A DNA stretch of 64,000 bases from Harriotta raleighana (Eukaryota). This document shows, in pieces, positions 37,215 to 49,923 of the stretch (positions within the stretch are counted from its first letter, which is position 1; every line of letters starts with the position of its first letter). Position numbers and translations under genes: made by a program. The notes below the pieces were generated by a model. That model worked only from the letters and a program-made list of their open reading frames with translations, did no database searches and was not told the origin of the DNA. Location of the stretch: positions 8,563,083 to 8,627,082 of the forward strand of contig JBNZDD010013722.1 of assembly GCA_050575255.1 (NCBI GenBank), in the 5' to 3' direction.

Positions 37215-37402
37215 AAGAATAGTAGATGTTCAATCTTTGAATATATTCAAGACTGAGATTGATAAATTGCTATGGATAGAGGGATTATGGGATATGGGGA
37301 TAAGGTGAGCAGTCAGATTAGAAGATCAGCCATGATCTTATCGAATGGTGGGGCAGGCTTGTGGGGCCGAATGGCCTACTCCTGCTCCTTATTCGTATGT
37401 TC
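37215..37402 (+). mobile_element. CR1 LINE 3' end
   Basis: TTCAAGACTGAGATTGATA...GGCCGAATGGCCTACTCCTGCTCCT..TATGTTCT tail. Confidence 0.8.
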
Positions 37403-37503
37403 TGTAAGATCATCACCCTCACATCTAAATCTCCTTGCTTAGATTCTCCACCCCCAATGTCTGGAATTCACCTCTTCCACTCCTCTGTGCCCCTCTAACA
37501 CCA

Positions 37504-37504
<1 letters not shown>

Positions 37505-37534
<30 letters not shown>
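37505..37534. repeat. Poly-C homopolymer (30 nt) inside an L2 remnant
   Basis: Direct reading. Confidence 0.9.
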
Positions 37535-37535
<1 letters not shown>

Positions 37536-37814
37536 CCTACCCCATCTGTCTTTACGTCTCACTTTAAAGCCTGGCTCTTCAACTATTCAGCTACACATTC
37601 TCAGGTGGTGGAAGAGGTATCTAACAAAGCAGAAGTGTTCAGATGTAGATGCCCCAATACAGAAAGTTATATTTTCATTGTTGGTCTATATAGAAGGAGG
37701 TCTGCTGCAGATCATCCCCAAGTACCCAAACCCAGGATTAAACTTGTTTGTTCAGAACCTGGTATTTTCCTGTGCTCAAAATATGTCCTCACAGTTGGTG
37801 TTCATGTGTTCCAG

Positions 37815-37858
37815 CACCAGAACATGCTGTATCCAGATCGACAGACTATGCGTTTGAG
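37815..37858 (+). CDS. ADHFE1: ADHFE1 exon 3
   Basis: APEHAVSRSTDYAFE; CCAG acceptor, GT donor; frame consistent. Confidence 0.88.
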
Positions 37859-38086
37859 GTAAAACAAAAAACAATCACTTTAGTGACTCAATTTGTCATA
37901 TACAAATGAAATATCACAAATCATAATCAAAAAACCATTTGATCAGGAAGACGCATCAAATCAAAATATTGATGTATTTGCTGCGCAGATGAGAGAGAGG
38001 AGAGGAAATACATCAGTTTGTGACTTTTTTTTATATCGTTCTGTGAGACATGCAAGCTTATTCTCTGTGTGATGTTTCCATTCTAG

Positions 38087-38140
38087 ATGGCATGTTCAAA
38101 TATCCGATATGGAGAAGGGGTGACCAAGGAAGTTGGTATG
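38087..38140 (+). CDS. ADHFE1: ADHFE1 exon 4
   Basis: MACSNIRYGEGVTKEVGM; AG/GTAAG. Confidence 0.96.
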
Positions 38141-38748
38141 GTAAGAGTTTTGTGGAATCCTTATTGGGTTTTTAAAAAAAATCTTTAACATCTTATCTGA
38201 TAAATTTACATATTTGTCAAGTTATTCAAGGGTGCCATGCAGTAAAGCACTGGCACTTGTGCCACACAGTCTCTGCACCTTTCTGGGCTGCCCTTACAGT
38301 CACCAAATGGACCAAGTGGGTTCTGCTGTGAGAAGATCTATCAAAGAGTTTGGAGACTCAGGGATTCCCATAAACTTGGGTTTTAGAAATAATATTTGGT
38401 GTTGATTTCTTCCTCCTAACTCAGCTGTCTTAGGCTCTCTGCACCTCCATCCACCTCTCCGCCATCGGCAGCCATGCGTTCAACCAGTATACCTGACTCT
38501 CTGGAACACCTTGCCTCAATCTTTGCTTCTGGCCCCTTCTTTGCCCATCTTCAGATCGCACCTGAAGGCTTTCCTCTTTGACTGTGCCCACGTTCAACTC
38601 CGCCCGGCTTGGCATCAAACTATATGCCATTGTTAAATCCCCCGAAGACACTATCTCGTGTGATGGGTGCTATACAAATGCAATTTGTTATTGTTATTGT
38701 TGACTTTCTCAGTTTAAATCAAAACTGTAGCTTCTTCTTTTGCTGTAG

Positions 38749-38903
38749 GACCTTCAAAATCTGGGGGCTCGGAATGTTTGTGTGATGACGGACAAGAATA
38801 TGACAACGCTTCCTCCCTTGAAGGCTGTGTTGAATTCACTGGTGCACAATGGGGTGAAGTTTGAAGTGTATGACAAGGTCAGGGTGGAGCCAACAGATGG
38901 AAG
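38749..38903 (+). CDS. ADHFE1: ADHFE1 exon 5
   Basis: DLQNLGARNVCVMTDKNMTTLPPLKAVLNSLVHNGVKFEVYDKVRVEPTDG; AG/GT. Confidence 0.96.
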
Positions 38904-39596
38904 GTACGTCTAGAACTCAGACGGTATGAAAGGGAAGATGCCCAAATGATGGCGGGGAGCTTTGACACTGATAGTCTAGTGTCAGTGACCCTGAAGAATT
39001 TATAAAGAATTTACATGTTATTAGAAAACTACCTAATGCCATTCTCCACTTGGTAAATATTACTGGAGCAGAGTTCATGAGAGCTGCTCACCAATCCTAA
39101 AGAAATTGGTTCAGTTGATAATGCTCCTAATCTGAGTCTGGAGGTTATGAGTTCAAGCCCCCTATCGAGACATTATGTTCACAGTCCAGCTGACCAAGTG
39201 CTACATTGCCAGAGGTGCTGCCCTTCAGTTGAAATGTTAAACTGAGGTCGCATCTACCTCTTGAGGTAAATGTTTATATTGTATTTGAAAAGCGAAGAGA
39301 TTCCTCCATGAATCCTGGTCAATAATCTCCAGATACCTTGATCATTCACTTCATAGCTGTATTTGTTGGATGTGAATTGCATTCTGTATTCACATACAAT
39401 TACAGTATAATCATTATATTTCACAACTTTTACCTGTGAAGCACTTTAAGATGTTTCAACATTACAGGCACTGTACTAAATACAAGAATTATTATCATAC
39501 TCTGAAACATCAGAACAATATATAGGATTTCTAAATTAGTAAACTGGAAGCACATAATATCAAGCTATGGCCAACAAATTTCTTTTTATTTGTAAA

Positions 39597-39897
39597 GCTT
39601 CTATAGCTCAGTGGTTAGAGCACTCGCCTTACAAGCGTGAGACCTGTGTTTGAATCCAGGCAAGTTAGGGCGAAAGTTTCCTTACTCTACACGCCTAATA
39701 ATAATCCCTCAAAAAAACCACAATAATAAAATTGGTCATTTCAATCCACGTCTGTTTGTAAGACATTGCTGCGTGCAATTGGCTGCCGTGTTTCACCCAC
39801 AAATATACAATCAATTCACTTTATAGTATATTCTGTGAAGCTTTGAAATGTCGATAAAATGTGAAAAGCACTATATCAAAAAGCAAGGATTATTATT
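39597..39897 (+). mobile_element. Full-length tRNA/Deu SINE in ADHFE1 intron 5
   Basis: TAGCTCAGTGGTTAGAGCACTCGCCTTACAAGCG head, Deu core and tail. Confidence 0.9.
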
Positions 39898-39958
39898 TTA
39901 AGGCAATTTATAACCACTGAGCTTCTGTGTTTCATTTTAACACACATTTTGTTGTTAG

Positions 39959-40155
39959 CTTCAAGGAAGCCATAGCGTTTGTTAAGCAAGAAAATTTCGA
40001 TGCATATGTTGCTGTGGGAGGTGGATCTGTGATGGACACATGCAAAGTGGCTAATCTCTACGCGTGCAGTCCCGATGCTGAGTTCTTAGATTACGTCAAC
40101 GCACCAATTGGAAAAGGCAAAGCTGTCACTGTTAATCTCCGTCCTTTGATTGCAG
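39959..40155 (+). CDS. ADHFE1: ADHFE1 exon 6
   Basis: FKEAIAFVKQENFDAYVAVGGGSVMDTCKVANLY...NLRPLIA, with the GGGS nucleotide-binding motif; AG/GT. Confidence 0.97.
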
Positions 40156-41117
40156 GTGGGTTCATACAAAAGAGATTTCATGAACAGTGTCAGTTTGACT
40201 AAGACAGTTACAACTGTGTAACAAGGGAGATGTAATTTCAATCTGAAAATGTTATTTATACTTTTAAGAAATCTTATGTTTGGAAGGGCTTGAGTTATTA
40301 CAAATACACGAGAGTGCAGTACAATAGACACCTTTGGTTAAACACGATACTGATCACCTACCCATGATGGAGAAGGTCAGGCAATGGACAGGAGCAGACC
40401 AGTAGTTCAGTGGAGGGAGCAGCCAGATTAGTAAATTCAGGAGATTGTAAAAATAGGATGAGCCAAGGCCACAGAGGGATTTAAATGCAATGAGAAGGAT
40501 CTTGGATTATTATTATTTCTTAATGCAATCTACTGTGGGCTGGGGTAATAGTGGATCTTAGGGTTAAGTGTTAAAAGGGAGAATGTGGCCTTTGCCTAGT
40601 TGCATTGCGGTTGACATGCAATCTATGAATTGCAGCTCCACTGAAGATTCTCTCAAAGTCCTCAGATAGTCAATCATGTGTACAATCTGCAAACAGACAA
40701 AATAAATTTCCCGCAGTGCTGTTTAGCGTCTGACCTTCCCACTGTTGTCATTTATCAACATCAAAATTGTTAAACATTAACCTCTCAAGTAACATATTTC
40801 TAGCTTGGATGTTGGTTAGTGGAACTCAGACACGTAAGAGCAATGTTATTTTGGTTGGCAAATACTTGTGGATGTGTTTTAAGTTACCAGTTATGTTGTA
40901 AATAAATCATTTGACAAAATATTATAAGACGGGCATTGTTCCGTCTTTCCTCAGTTGTTTGTGATAAACATTGTATCAATCAATTATTGATTTCTCTTGC
41001 AGTTTATTTTCCTTCCCAATTGCGTCTAATTTTTGTGTTGGTTTCAAATCGCACCATACTTTTATGTACAGCTTCCCTGGTTCTGCACACCTCCGAGTTG
41101 GGTGCTGAAGACTGAAA

Positions 41118-41430
41118 CAACTACAACAAAATTATATTTGTTTTGTCCTTTCAAGTCAGGAGGACATCCCAAAACACTGGACAGACAATATTTTGGACCT
41201 GAGCTGGGAGAAAGGATTGGGGAGGGTGGAAGGTAGAGTGGGGTTAGGAAGTTGATCGAACCCACGGTCAAAGAAGAGGTGGGTCTTGACGGAGGTGAGA
41301 GTGGGGCAAGTTAGAGGGCCTGCAGGATGGAGTTCTAACAGCTGGGACAGAGTGACTGAAGGCCCACCCATCAATGGTGGGGTGGGCGAGGCGGGGGACA
41401 TGAAGTAGGCCAGAGCCCTGAAAAGCCGCA
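41118..41430 (-). mobile_element. L2 LINE 3' fragment
   Basis: Tail at 41118-41180 and reverse-strand KTHLFFDRGF. Confidence 0.8.
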
Positions 41431-41696
41431 GGGTCAAATTGTAGTCTGTGCCATTAGGCTTTTTGAAACCAACTCTGAGCAGAAATAATTTTTGCATATA
41501 TATAGGTCCTTTATCTTGGTGTGTAATCAGTCTAACTTTTTCTTCAACTGGATCTCCTCTCAATAGTTATCTAAATTGTTGGATTTTGCTTTAGATCTGT
41601 GGTCGTTCGGTGGTTGTATTTTTAAAACATATGTCAAACCAGTCAGGCATTGATCACTTTACTAACCACAGGCTCTGTGTTTTTTTTATTTATCAG

Positions 41697-41774
41697 TTCC
41701 CACTACAGCTGGTACTGGAAGTGAGACCACAGGAGTTGCAGTGTTTGATTATGAAGCCATGAAAGTTAAAACGG
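41697..41774 (+). CDS. ADHFE1: ADHFE1 exon 7
   Basis: [25 protein letters not shown], the iron-ADH signature; TACTAAC branch point upstream; AG/GT. Confidence 0.97.
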
Positions 41775-42770
41775 GTATGAGCAAGTTATGGGCGTTGACA
41801 ATAGGATTGTGTTAATGTAACACTTACTAGATTAAAGTACGCAGCTTGTTTTTCAATAACTTTCAACAAATGTCATAATGCCTCATTGAGTCAGATTGTC
41901 CTTCACCTTTTAACCCAGTGTGGAATGATGAAATTAATCTCTCCTCCTGTTGCTTTTTCAACCCACTTACTAACACACAAGAATAAAGTACATAACCCTT
42001 CAATATCCATGAACACAGCACCTTTGGATGTCCTCCCGACGTGACAAATGCTCTATAAATGTAATTTTGTTGTTTGTTGTATATACCCCCCTTATTATCC
42101 AAACATGCAGAGTATACCCATCTATAATTTAAGTCCCAAAGCACCTACAGAATACACAATGTAGTGTTCAGTGTATTAGAATTAATAACAATCACTACTC
42201 TTCACAGTAAATCCTTTGAAGCGGTTTGAGACAGCCTCTCAGAGTGAAAGCCATCATTTCAAATGCAAGGATTATTTATTTTAAGTAATTAGAATATATC
42301 CCCACACAATCCAATTACACACTATATATTCTTTCAACATACCCTTAAACATTGCCATGGGTGTCCAATTCAGCTTTTCTCCCCCATTCTCTTGAACTCC
42401 ATCCTGGAATCCCTCTGCCTTGCCCCTTCCATTATCTCCTTCAAGACCCATCTCAAGTCTTTCCTCTTTGGTTGTGTTTTCAGCTACCCTCCCACTTCCC
42501 CTCTTGATTCCAACCCCCTGCTCGGGTGCAAACCCTTAACCTAGCTTAACCCTTAGCGCTTTGGGATGTCCTTCATCCATAAAAGGCTTGATTTAAATGT
42601 GTTTTTGTTGTTATTCACTGCCAGTTCCATTCAGAGAGGGAACTGCAGGAAATTATTTTATGAGTGTTTAATAAGTTACATAACTTATTTTATTAAATAT
42701 GTTACAGGGAAAAGCCCCAGATTCTGTTACAGTGTTCCTGTTACTAACTCAACTGAATGTTACACCTTAG

Positions 42771-42876
42771 GTATTGCCAGCAGGGTTCTGAAACCGCTCC
42801 TTGGGTTAGTGGATCCTCTTCACACACTACACATGCCGGAGAGAGTAGCTGCAAACAGTGGCTTTGATGTGCTTTG
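42771..42876 (+). CDS. ADHFE1: ADHFE1 exon 8
   Basis: [34 protein letters not shown]; AG/GT. Confidence 0.97.
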
Positions 42877-44110
42877 GTTAGTAAAGTATTTTTATTAGAT
42901 TACCTAGTTGTGATGAGGTAAATATAGATATGTCTTTCACGAACAGAAAAAAATAAGTTATCCCTTTATAACAGGACAACAGGAAATCCCATAATCTTTA
43001 ATTTCCCAGTGTTTGTAATTGCTCAAAGAAAAACTATTGTTACATTAAACCAAAATAACTGGCTTTTTTTCTGATGTTTTGAACAAGTTGAGTTGGAACA
43101 CATTAAACCTTTTTAACTCTTAGAACCACTAAAATCGATGGTACAGAAGAAGGCTGTTTGGCCCATCATGCCTGTGCCATCACCCTCGAGAGAAAACCTT
43201 CTATCAATCAATCAAAATTTTATTTATATAGTCCCATTTACCTGCTTTTTCTCTTTACCCCATAGCTGACTATTTTTAAGATACCTGTATAGTTTCCTCT
43301 TGAAAGCCAAAATGGATTGTGTCTCAACCATTACTGGCAACAATGCATTCCATATCCAACTAAAAAAGTTTGAAAAAAATTATCCTAACCTTCTCCCATT
43401 TGCTCATTTACGAACTTTCTCAAATTGATTCCCTCAAGTTACTGACTCACTGACCAGTGGAAATAATTATTCTGTACTGACTCTATCAAAACCCCTTATA
43501 ATTTTAAAGACTTCTTGTTCTGTTCCAGCAGAAGTCTCATGAACGGGAAAAATCTCAATTCCTTTGGTTAAAAAAAACTACATGATATATGGTGCATGTG
43601 GTATATATCGAAAGATGTATTTCTGTTCATAAGAATGCCATAATGAGTTGCTGTCTCCCACTTAACCCGCCTGAATATTCATATATGAGCTTTCAGCCAT
43701 TCCGTCCTTGTCGTCCTGGAGTCCTTCTGTCTTCCCCCTTCCCCTCACCTTTATAGCCTGTCTTAAGACCTTTTACAACTGTGCTTTTGGTCACCCTTCC
43801 TTATCCATTCCACCCCCAGTTCGGCTCTCAGTCAACTATGTGAAGAATTTTGAGACATCCTTTAACATCGGGACAGAATTCCACGCTACGTGTAAAATAA
43901 CATTAAAATGCTCTAAGTTTCTAACATTACTGACATTTTTATACTGCGGAAATCAGTCACCATTAGTTGAAGATCTCCATCCGGTGTATTCGCTTTAGCA
44001 CTTGAACTCAATATGCACAAAACTAGGAGAGTAACTGTTTTAAATATATTGTGTGTAGATAGAGCAGACTGACGATGCTTGCAGACATTGATTGTTTCTT
44101 TGTTTAACAG

Positions 44111-44263
44111 CCATGCACTGGAGTCTTATACAGCCCTGCCTTACAATCTACGTGTACCTTGCCCTTCAAACCCAATCAATCGTCCTGCCTACCAGGGGAG
44201 TAACCCTATCAGTGATGTCTGGTCCAAACATGCCCTCACCATTGTGGCCAAGTACATGAAACG
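44111..44263 (+). CDS. ADHFE1: ADHFE1 exon 9
   Basis: HALESYTALPYNLRVPCPSNPINRPAYQGSNPISDVWSKHALTIVAKYMK; AG/GT. Confidence 0.97.
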
Positions 44264-44659
44264 GTATGGCTGATAATAATCCTTGCATTTGATTCACAGT
44301 ACTGCCTTAGCCCACCTTCAAGACGTCTCAAACCACTTCACAGAATATACTGTAATTTTGTGGGTGAACTGAAGCCAAGGCCAAGGAAATCACTGGGTTC
44401 CACATACCTGTACAGGGATTAGCTAATTGAAATCGCTTTTGTAAAAAAAACTTTCTTCAAATTAAAAGGCATATGGTTTCCAGAGGGGATATACTGTAGT
44501 TGCATTATTAGGATTAAGACTTAACATTTTAGATTATTCTGCATATTATTCTTAAATTGAGTCTCAGTTCAGAAGCTAACTCTCTGTCATCTTTAAAAAA
44601 AAATTGCAAAAGACCAATTTCCGAGTTAACACTTAATATTTATGTGCATCTTGTACTCG

Positions 44660-44960
44660 TGGAGTTGGGTAGCTCAATAGTTAGAGCAATCGCCTTACAG
44701 GCAAGAGACCTGGTTCGATTCTAGACAGGGCAAGACCTTGGGCAAATTTCCTTATTCCACATAACTGATAATAATTCCTCAAGGAAAAAATAAATAAATT
44801 GGTCATTTCAATCCACAACTGTTTGTGGGACACTGCTGTGTGCAATTAGCTGCCATGTTTCCACAAATATCCTGTCAATTCACTTCACAGTATATGCCGT
44901 GAAGCGCTTTGAAACATCTAGAAGACATAAAAAGCACTATATCAAATGCAAGGGTTATAA
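44660..44960 (+). mobile_element. Full-length tRNA/Deu SINE
   Basis: TAGCTCAATAGTTAGAGC head, GGTTCGATTC B box, Deu core and tail. Confidence 0.88.
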
Positions 44961-45924
44961 ATAAAGATAATGGGGTTTAGTACATTCCATGTGTAAACAC
45001 AACTGTATTATGAGCAAATGTTATGGAGGAGATTGCAGGTCCGTTTAAAATTGTAATTGACAATTAATCTATTTCATAGACTGTTGGTTACATAATCAAA
45101 AGGATCTGGAATTCCCTCTATGTATATTCAGAGTTTAATTTAATAAACAATGTGTGCACATGACACTTAATAGATCGCAATGTTTAGAACATAAACAATG
45201 CTATAAGATTCAGTTAACCTGAAGAACAGTTTAGTTCATTCTATTTCACAGTGGGTTAGTTCTCTTCCCAGTACAAATCTACCTCACTTTACCAATAGGT
45301 TCCACTCCGCGATTTGCTTGCAAGATGAGCGAATGGCTTGGGAGATGTGGAAACAAAGCCAATCTCAATCAGATTACAGTCATTCCTCTCCAAATTTGAT
45401 GATAGAGAGAGGGAGAGGGGGCAGTGAATCTCAGGCGGGTTAAATCTGATGGCAGAACAACATCTACAACATTCTTGGAGATGTGTATGAGCCAAAACAT
45501 CCCAGCAGAAGGAGCTGTGGGACAAGAGGAGGATCAAATACAATTAGTTCTTGTGGTTTAATAACTACTGCAGGATGTAAGCGTTTCATTGGAAAGAGGA
45601 GTAGATGTGACAGTATTTCAGATAAGTGCTATTGGCACACGGTACGAAAGATCCAGACTGCAAGATTATTATATCCACACATAGATAGGGATTTATTTTG
45701 CAACTAATGAGAACTGTATCCAAATGCAATGTTAACCATATCCAGCACAGGACTTTTTGAAGTATAAAATAACTGGGTGGGATAGTTATTCTTAGGAAAA
45801 GAAGAAGACCATTCACCTCATTGGGGCTGTTTAATGGTACTGTTAAAAGGGTAGTGTAAATGGCTTGGGGATGTGGAAATAAAGTTAATCTCAATCAGAT
45901 TACATTCATCCGTACATCCATTAC

Positions 45925-46713
45925 CATGTACGTGGATGACACACAATTTTATTTCTGCCTCCATCCTCGATTCCAGGACAACTGACGACCTGACAGACTC
46001 CCTGTCAGACATCAAGTCCTGGATGAGAGACAACTTTCTGGAGCTGAATGTCAGCAAGACCAAGGCCCTTTTGATTGGCTCACGCCAACGCCTCCAAAAC
46101 TCAGACACTGGCAGCAACAGCATCCATGGATGCACATTCCACCTCACCAAGCCAGTCAGGAACCAGGGTGTCTTGATCGACAGTTAACCTGCGTTTCTCC
46201 TCCATATCTGCACCATGATCTGCTCTCCTTCCTTCATCTCCGAAACATTGCCCAACTCTACCACTGCCTCGCACCTCAAGCCAATATAAATCCTCACACA
46301 TGCATTAATTACCTCAAGGCTCGACTATGGAAACTCCCTCCTTGTCATCCTCCCTAACTCCTCCCTCCACAAGCTACTGATCATCCAGAACTCTGCAGCT
46401 CATGTCTTCTCCCGCACCAGGCTTCATGATCCCATTACCTCCACTCTCACCCAGCTCCACTGGCTCCTCATCCTTCAAAGAATAAAATTAAAAATCCTCA
46501 TCCTCATTTTCATTTTCCACAATCCCATCGCCTTGCTCTTTCTCTTGCCTCCTTCAAGGACCTTCTTTTCGATCATGCATTCCCTCATACCTCTCTGCCC
46601 TCCCTCATCCCAAGCCAAGCCCCATCCCCCATACTTGGATCCTGATTCCTGATTATTTAGGGCCTTGGGATGTCTTCCCAATGTGAAAGGCACTTTACAA
46701 CTAATTTTGTTGT
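45925..46713 (+). mobile_element. L2 LINE 3' fragment ending about 30 bp before ADHFE1 exon 10
   Basis: LTDSLSDIKSWMRDNFLELNVSKTKALLIGS...KPVRN; L2 tail at 46660-46713. Confidence 0.9.
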
Positions 46714-46743
46714 TAAACTTATCTCCCCTTCAATACTTTGCAG

Positions 46744-46842
46744 CTCTGTCAGAACTCCTGAAGATCATGAGGCGAGATACAACATGCACCTCGCAAGTGT
46801 CTTTGCTGGAATTGGCTTTGGAAATGCTGGTGTTCATCTCTG
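46744..46842 (+). CDS. ADHFE1: ADHFE1 exon 10
   Basis: SVRTPEDHEARYNMHLASVFAGIGFGNAGVHL; AG/GT. Confidence 0.97.
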
Positions 46843-47304
46843 GTACTTTTACTTTTTTCAGGCTTCACTATGCCAAATACACAGTAGGATAAAATGGGGA
46901 GTTGCAGTCTTCAATTAACAATTGGATCTGTGCGATAGGTAGTAGAAACCCTGAGTGTCCAATGGACCAGTCAAGAATGTAGAGCGAACCAATATTGAAC
47001 GGGAAGGAGCCCAAATGAATCTGCTTCCCAATTCACCTCCTCAGATTGTGCTTGGCAGCTAGACTTTAATTTGATTCATGTAAAGTGATGCCCAGGCAAG
47101 ATTTACACTGCACTTCCCACTATGAATGACCCAAGCAGATCAGAGTAAACTGGGCCATGGTTATTTATTACTAAAATGATTCTCTGAAAATAATACCTGT
47201 TGGTACTAATACCACTTCCCACAATGACCATCTACTTTTAAAGTTTCAACTCTCATTTTACTGTGCTATTGTGGTTTGAGTTATTGTGCAGAGCAGGGTA
47301 TTGG

Positions 47305-47586
47305 ACACACAGCTCAGTGGTTAGAGCAGTTATCTTGCAAGCGAGAAACCTGGTTTCGATTCCAAGCAGGGCGGAACCTTTCCTTACTTCACATACCTGA
47401 TAATAATCCCTCAAGAAAAAAACAATCAATCCACAATTGTTTGTGGGACACTGCTATGTGCAATTGGCTGCTGCATCTCACCCACAAATATACAGTCAAT
47501 TCACTTTGCAATGTGTTCTATCAAGCACTTTGAGACTTCTAGAAGATGGAAATGGAGCTATATCAAATGTGGGGATTATTTATTAT
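47305..47586 (+). mobile_element. tRNA/Deu SINE
   Basis: AGCTCAGTGGTTAGAGCA head, Deu core and tail. Confidence 0.87.
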
Positions 47587-47669
47587 TCATTTGCAATCAA
47601 CTTTCAGTTTACCATAGGAGTTGCTCAGAAATAGTAGCAAAAACTTTAAACATTGTATATTTTTCTTAG

Positions 47670-47748
47670 CCATGGAATGTCCTACCCAATAGCTGGAATG
47701 GTGAAGACATTCAGAGCCAAAGATTACAACGTGGATCATCCTTTAGTG
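47670..47748 (+). CDS. ADHFE1: ADHFE1 exon 11
   Basis: HGMSYPIAGMVKTFRAKDYNVDHPLV; AG/GT. Confidence 0.97.
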
Positions 47749-48198
47749 GTATGTATGTATTGTATTTAGTTTTTGCTACCCTGACTCTTACACTGTCTGG
47801 AATTAGGTCATCAGGATTGATCCCTCCTGGAAAGAGCTCCCACTACGGGCACAAGAAATGTCCACCTGAGGGTGATATGCATATGTATGGTATGGTCACC
47901 CTTGAGCATGGTGATGGGTATCCATATGTGATAGATACTTGCCTAACCAATGAAACATGTTCATTCTTTGTATCAATGTACAGTGTTAATTGATCTTTAT
48001 GCTTCAGTAAAGATGTTGAAGGATAACCTAGTGATACATTTATATTGTAAAATAAATACAACGTAGATATTCCACTAGATTATCCTTTAAGCTTCAGACG
48101 AAACTGACTGGTACAAACTGGCACAGTCACTTCGTTAAATGTAAATGACTGCAGTAGGAACTTTGTACATCCCAATCACTCCCTCAAGCCACCAGTGA

Positions 48199-48420
<222 letters not shown>

Positions 48421-48555
48421 AANCCGGAACGCCACTTGGAAGCAGCTGAGATACTTGGTAAGATAGATACACCCGCTCAATCGGTGGATCGCATTACCTT
48501 AAGGAACACGGCTTGTCTATCTGGGACAGCAGACAGAGCTCGGTCTCTCTTGCAG

Positions 48556-48713
48556 GAGCTGACGTGCGGAATGTAAAGCGTGAGGATGCAGGCCTGGTTT
48601 TGGCAGACGTCCTACGGAAGCTCATGTTTGACCTAAACGTTGACGATGGGCTGACTGCAATCGGCTACACAAAAGAAGATATTCCAGCGTTGGTCAGAGG
48701 TACTCTACCTCAG
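48556..48713 (+). CDS. ADHFE1: ADHFE1 exon 13
   Basis: ADVRNVKREDAGLVLADVLRKLMFDLNVDDGLTAIGYTKEDIPALVRGTLPQ; AG/GT. Confidence 0.97.
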
Positions 48714-49224
48714 GTAGGTCCATGCCTCGAAACCCAGCAGCCTGCAAACCTCAAAAAGAGTCTCGATTTGGAAGGTGGTTTTCCACAGTTCCTGGCCGCT
48801 CAGCTCACTAGGAAGTGGGCAACATTAAGGCGAGAGAAATCAGAACTGTGGAGGGCAAAGTAAAAGAAAAATTGATGATTCACTTTGTAACAATAATCTT
48901 TGCGTTTGATGTAGCATCCTATTCCATCATTGTCAAAATGTTCCACAGGATTTTACTGCGAAGTGTGGTGACTATTTTCATGCGTTGATTGTTTATTAGT
49001 TTATTACCATGCGCTATTTGGCTGCCACATTTACCTACAAATTTCACGGTCACTGCACTTTACAGTACATCCTGCAAATCTATTTGAGGCATCCTCCCAA
49101 CATGAAAGATGCTATTTCAGATTTTAAAAAGATTAAGTATTACCAGTGTGCTCAGTGTAGTTTAAATGCATTCCTTGATATTCCTTCCCAGGGCTTTGTT
49201 ACATTAATATTGCATAGATTCAAA

Positions 49225-49707
49225 AGATCCAGCTAATTCAGAACTCTGCTGCCCACATACTGTCCTGGACAAAAATCTGTACCCATATCTCACCAGTTCT
49301 GACCAAGCTCCACTGGCTCCCCATCACCGAATGGATCAACTTCAAGATCCTCACACTCGTGTTCAAATCCCTTCACTCTTTGGCACCTCCCTATATCTTT
49401 AACCTCCTCACTCCCCAATCCACCACCTCAGCTCGACTGGCACCGGTCTCCTGCTTGTCCACTGCACCCACCACTCTACCATCGGAGATTGCGTTTTCAG
49501 CCACTAAGCCCCCATATTCTGTAACACTCTCTCTCAATCCCTCCGCCTTGCCCCCTTCCCTTTTTGAAGTCCCGCCTGAAAACTTTCCACTTCGCCTGTG
49601 CTTATGGCCACCTTCTGCCCCTGCCCCACCCCCCGAGTCAGGCTCTGCCACCGTTAAACTCTCATAGACGCCTCCATGCAAGTGCATGTTGTTGTTATTG
49701 TTGTTGT
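49225..49707 (+). mobile_element. L2 LINE 3' fragment ending about 35 bp before ADHFE1 exon 14
   Basis: IQNSAAHILS...LHWLPITEWINFKILTLVFKSLHSLAPPY; (TTG)n tail. Confidence 0.87.
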
Positions 49708-49742
49708 ATAGCAGTTAACGAGACAAAATTGCCTAATTTCAG

Positions 49743-49826
49743 GAGCGAGTGACAAAACTGTCTCCTCGGCCTCAGACTGAGGAAGAACTGGCAGCTTTGT
49801 TTGAGTCCTCCATGAAGCTGTATTGA
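49743..49826 (+). CDS. ADHFE1: ADHFE1 exon 14 (last coding exon, TGA stop)
   Basis: ERVTKLSPRPQTEEELAALFESSMKLY*; the 14 exons sum to 1395 nt = 464 aa plus stop. Confidence 0.97.
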   Translation, partial: ERVTKLSPRPQTEEELAALFESSMKLY

Positions 49827-49917
49827 TCTTGTTCCATGAGCAGAAAACTGAGAAGTACATCTCCACCAAACGCAAAAGAACAGAAGAAAGCTGCTACTTG
49901 ATCTAATGACCTATCAG

Positions 49918-49923
49918 AATAAA
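49918..49923 (+). terminator. Candidate ADHFE1 polyadenylation signal AATAAA
   Basis: First AATAAA, about 90 nt after the stop codon. Confidence 0.6.

Noticed and set aside
47865-47942. Two short hairpins in ADHFE1 intron 11 as a snoRNA or miRNA
   Set aside because: Stems are short and G-U rich; no convincing H/ACA or C/D boxes.
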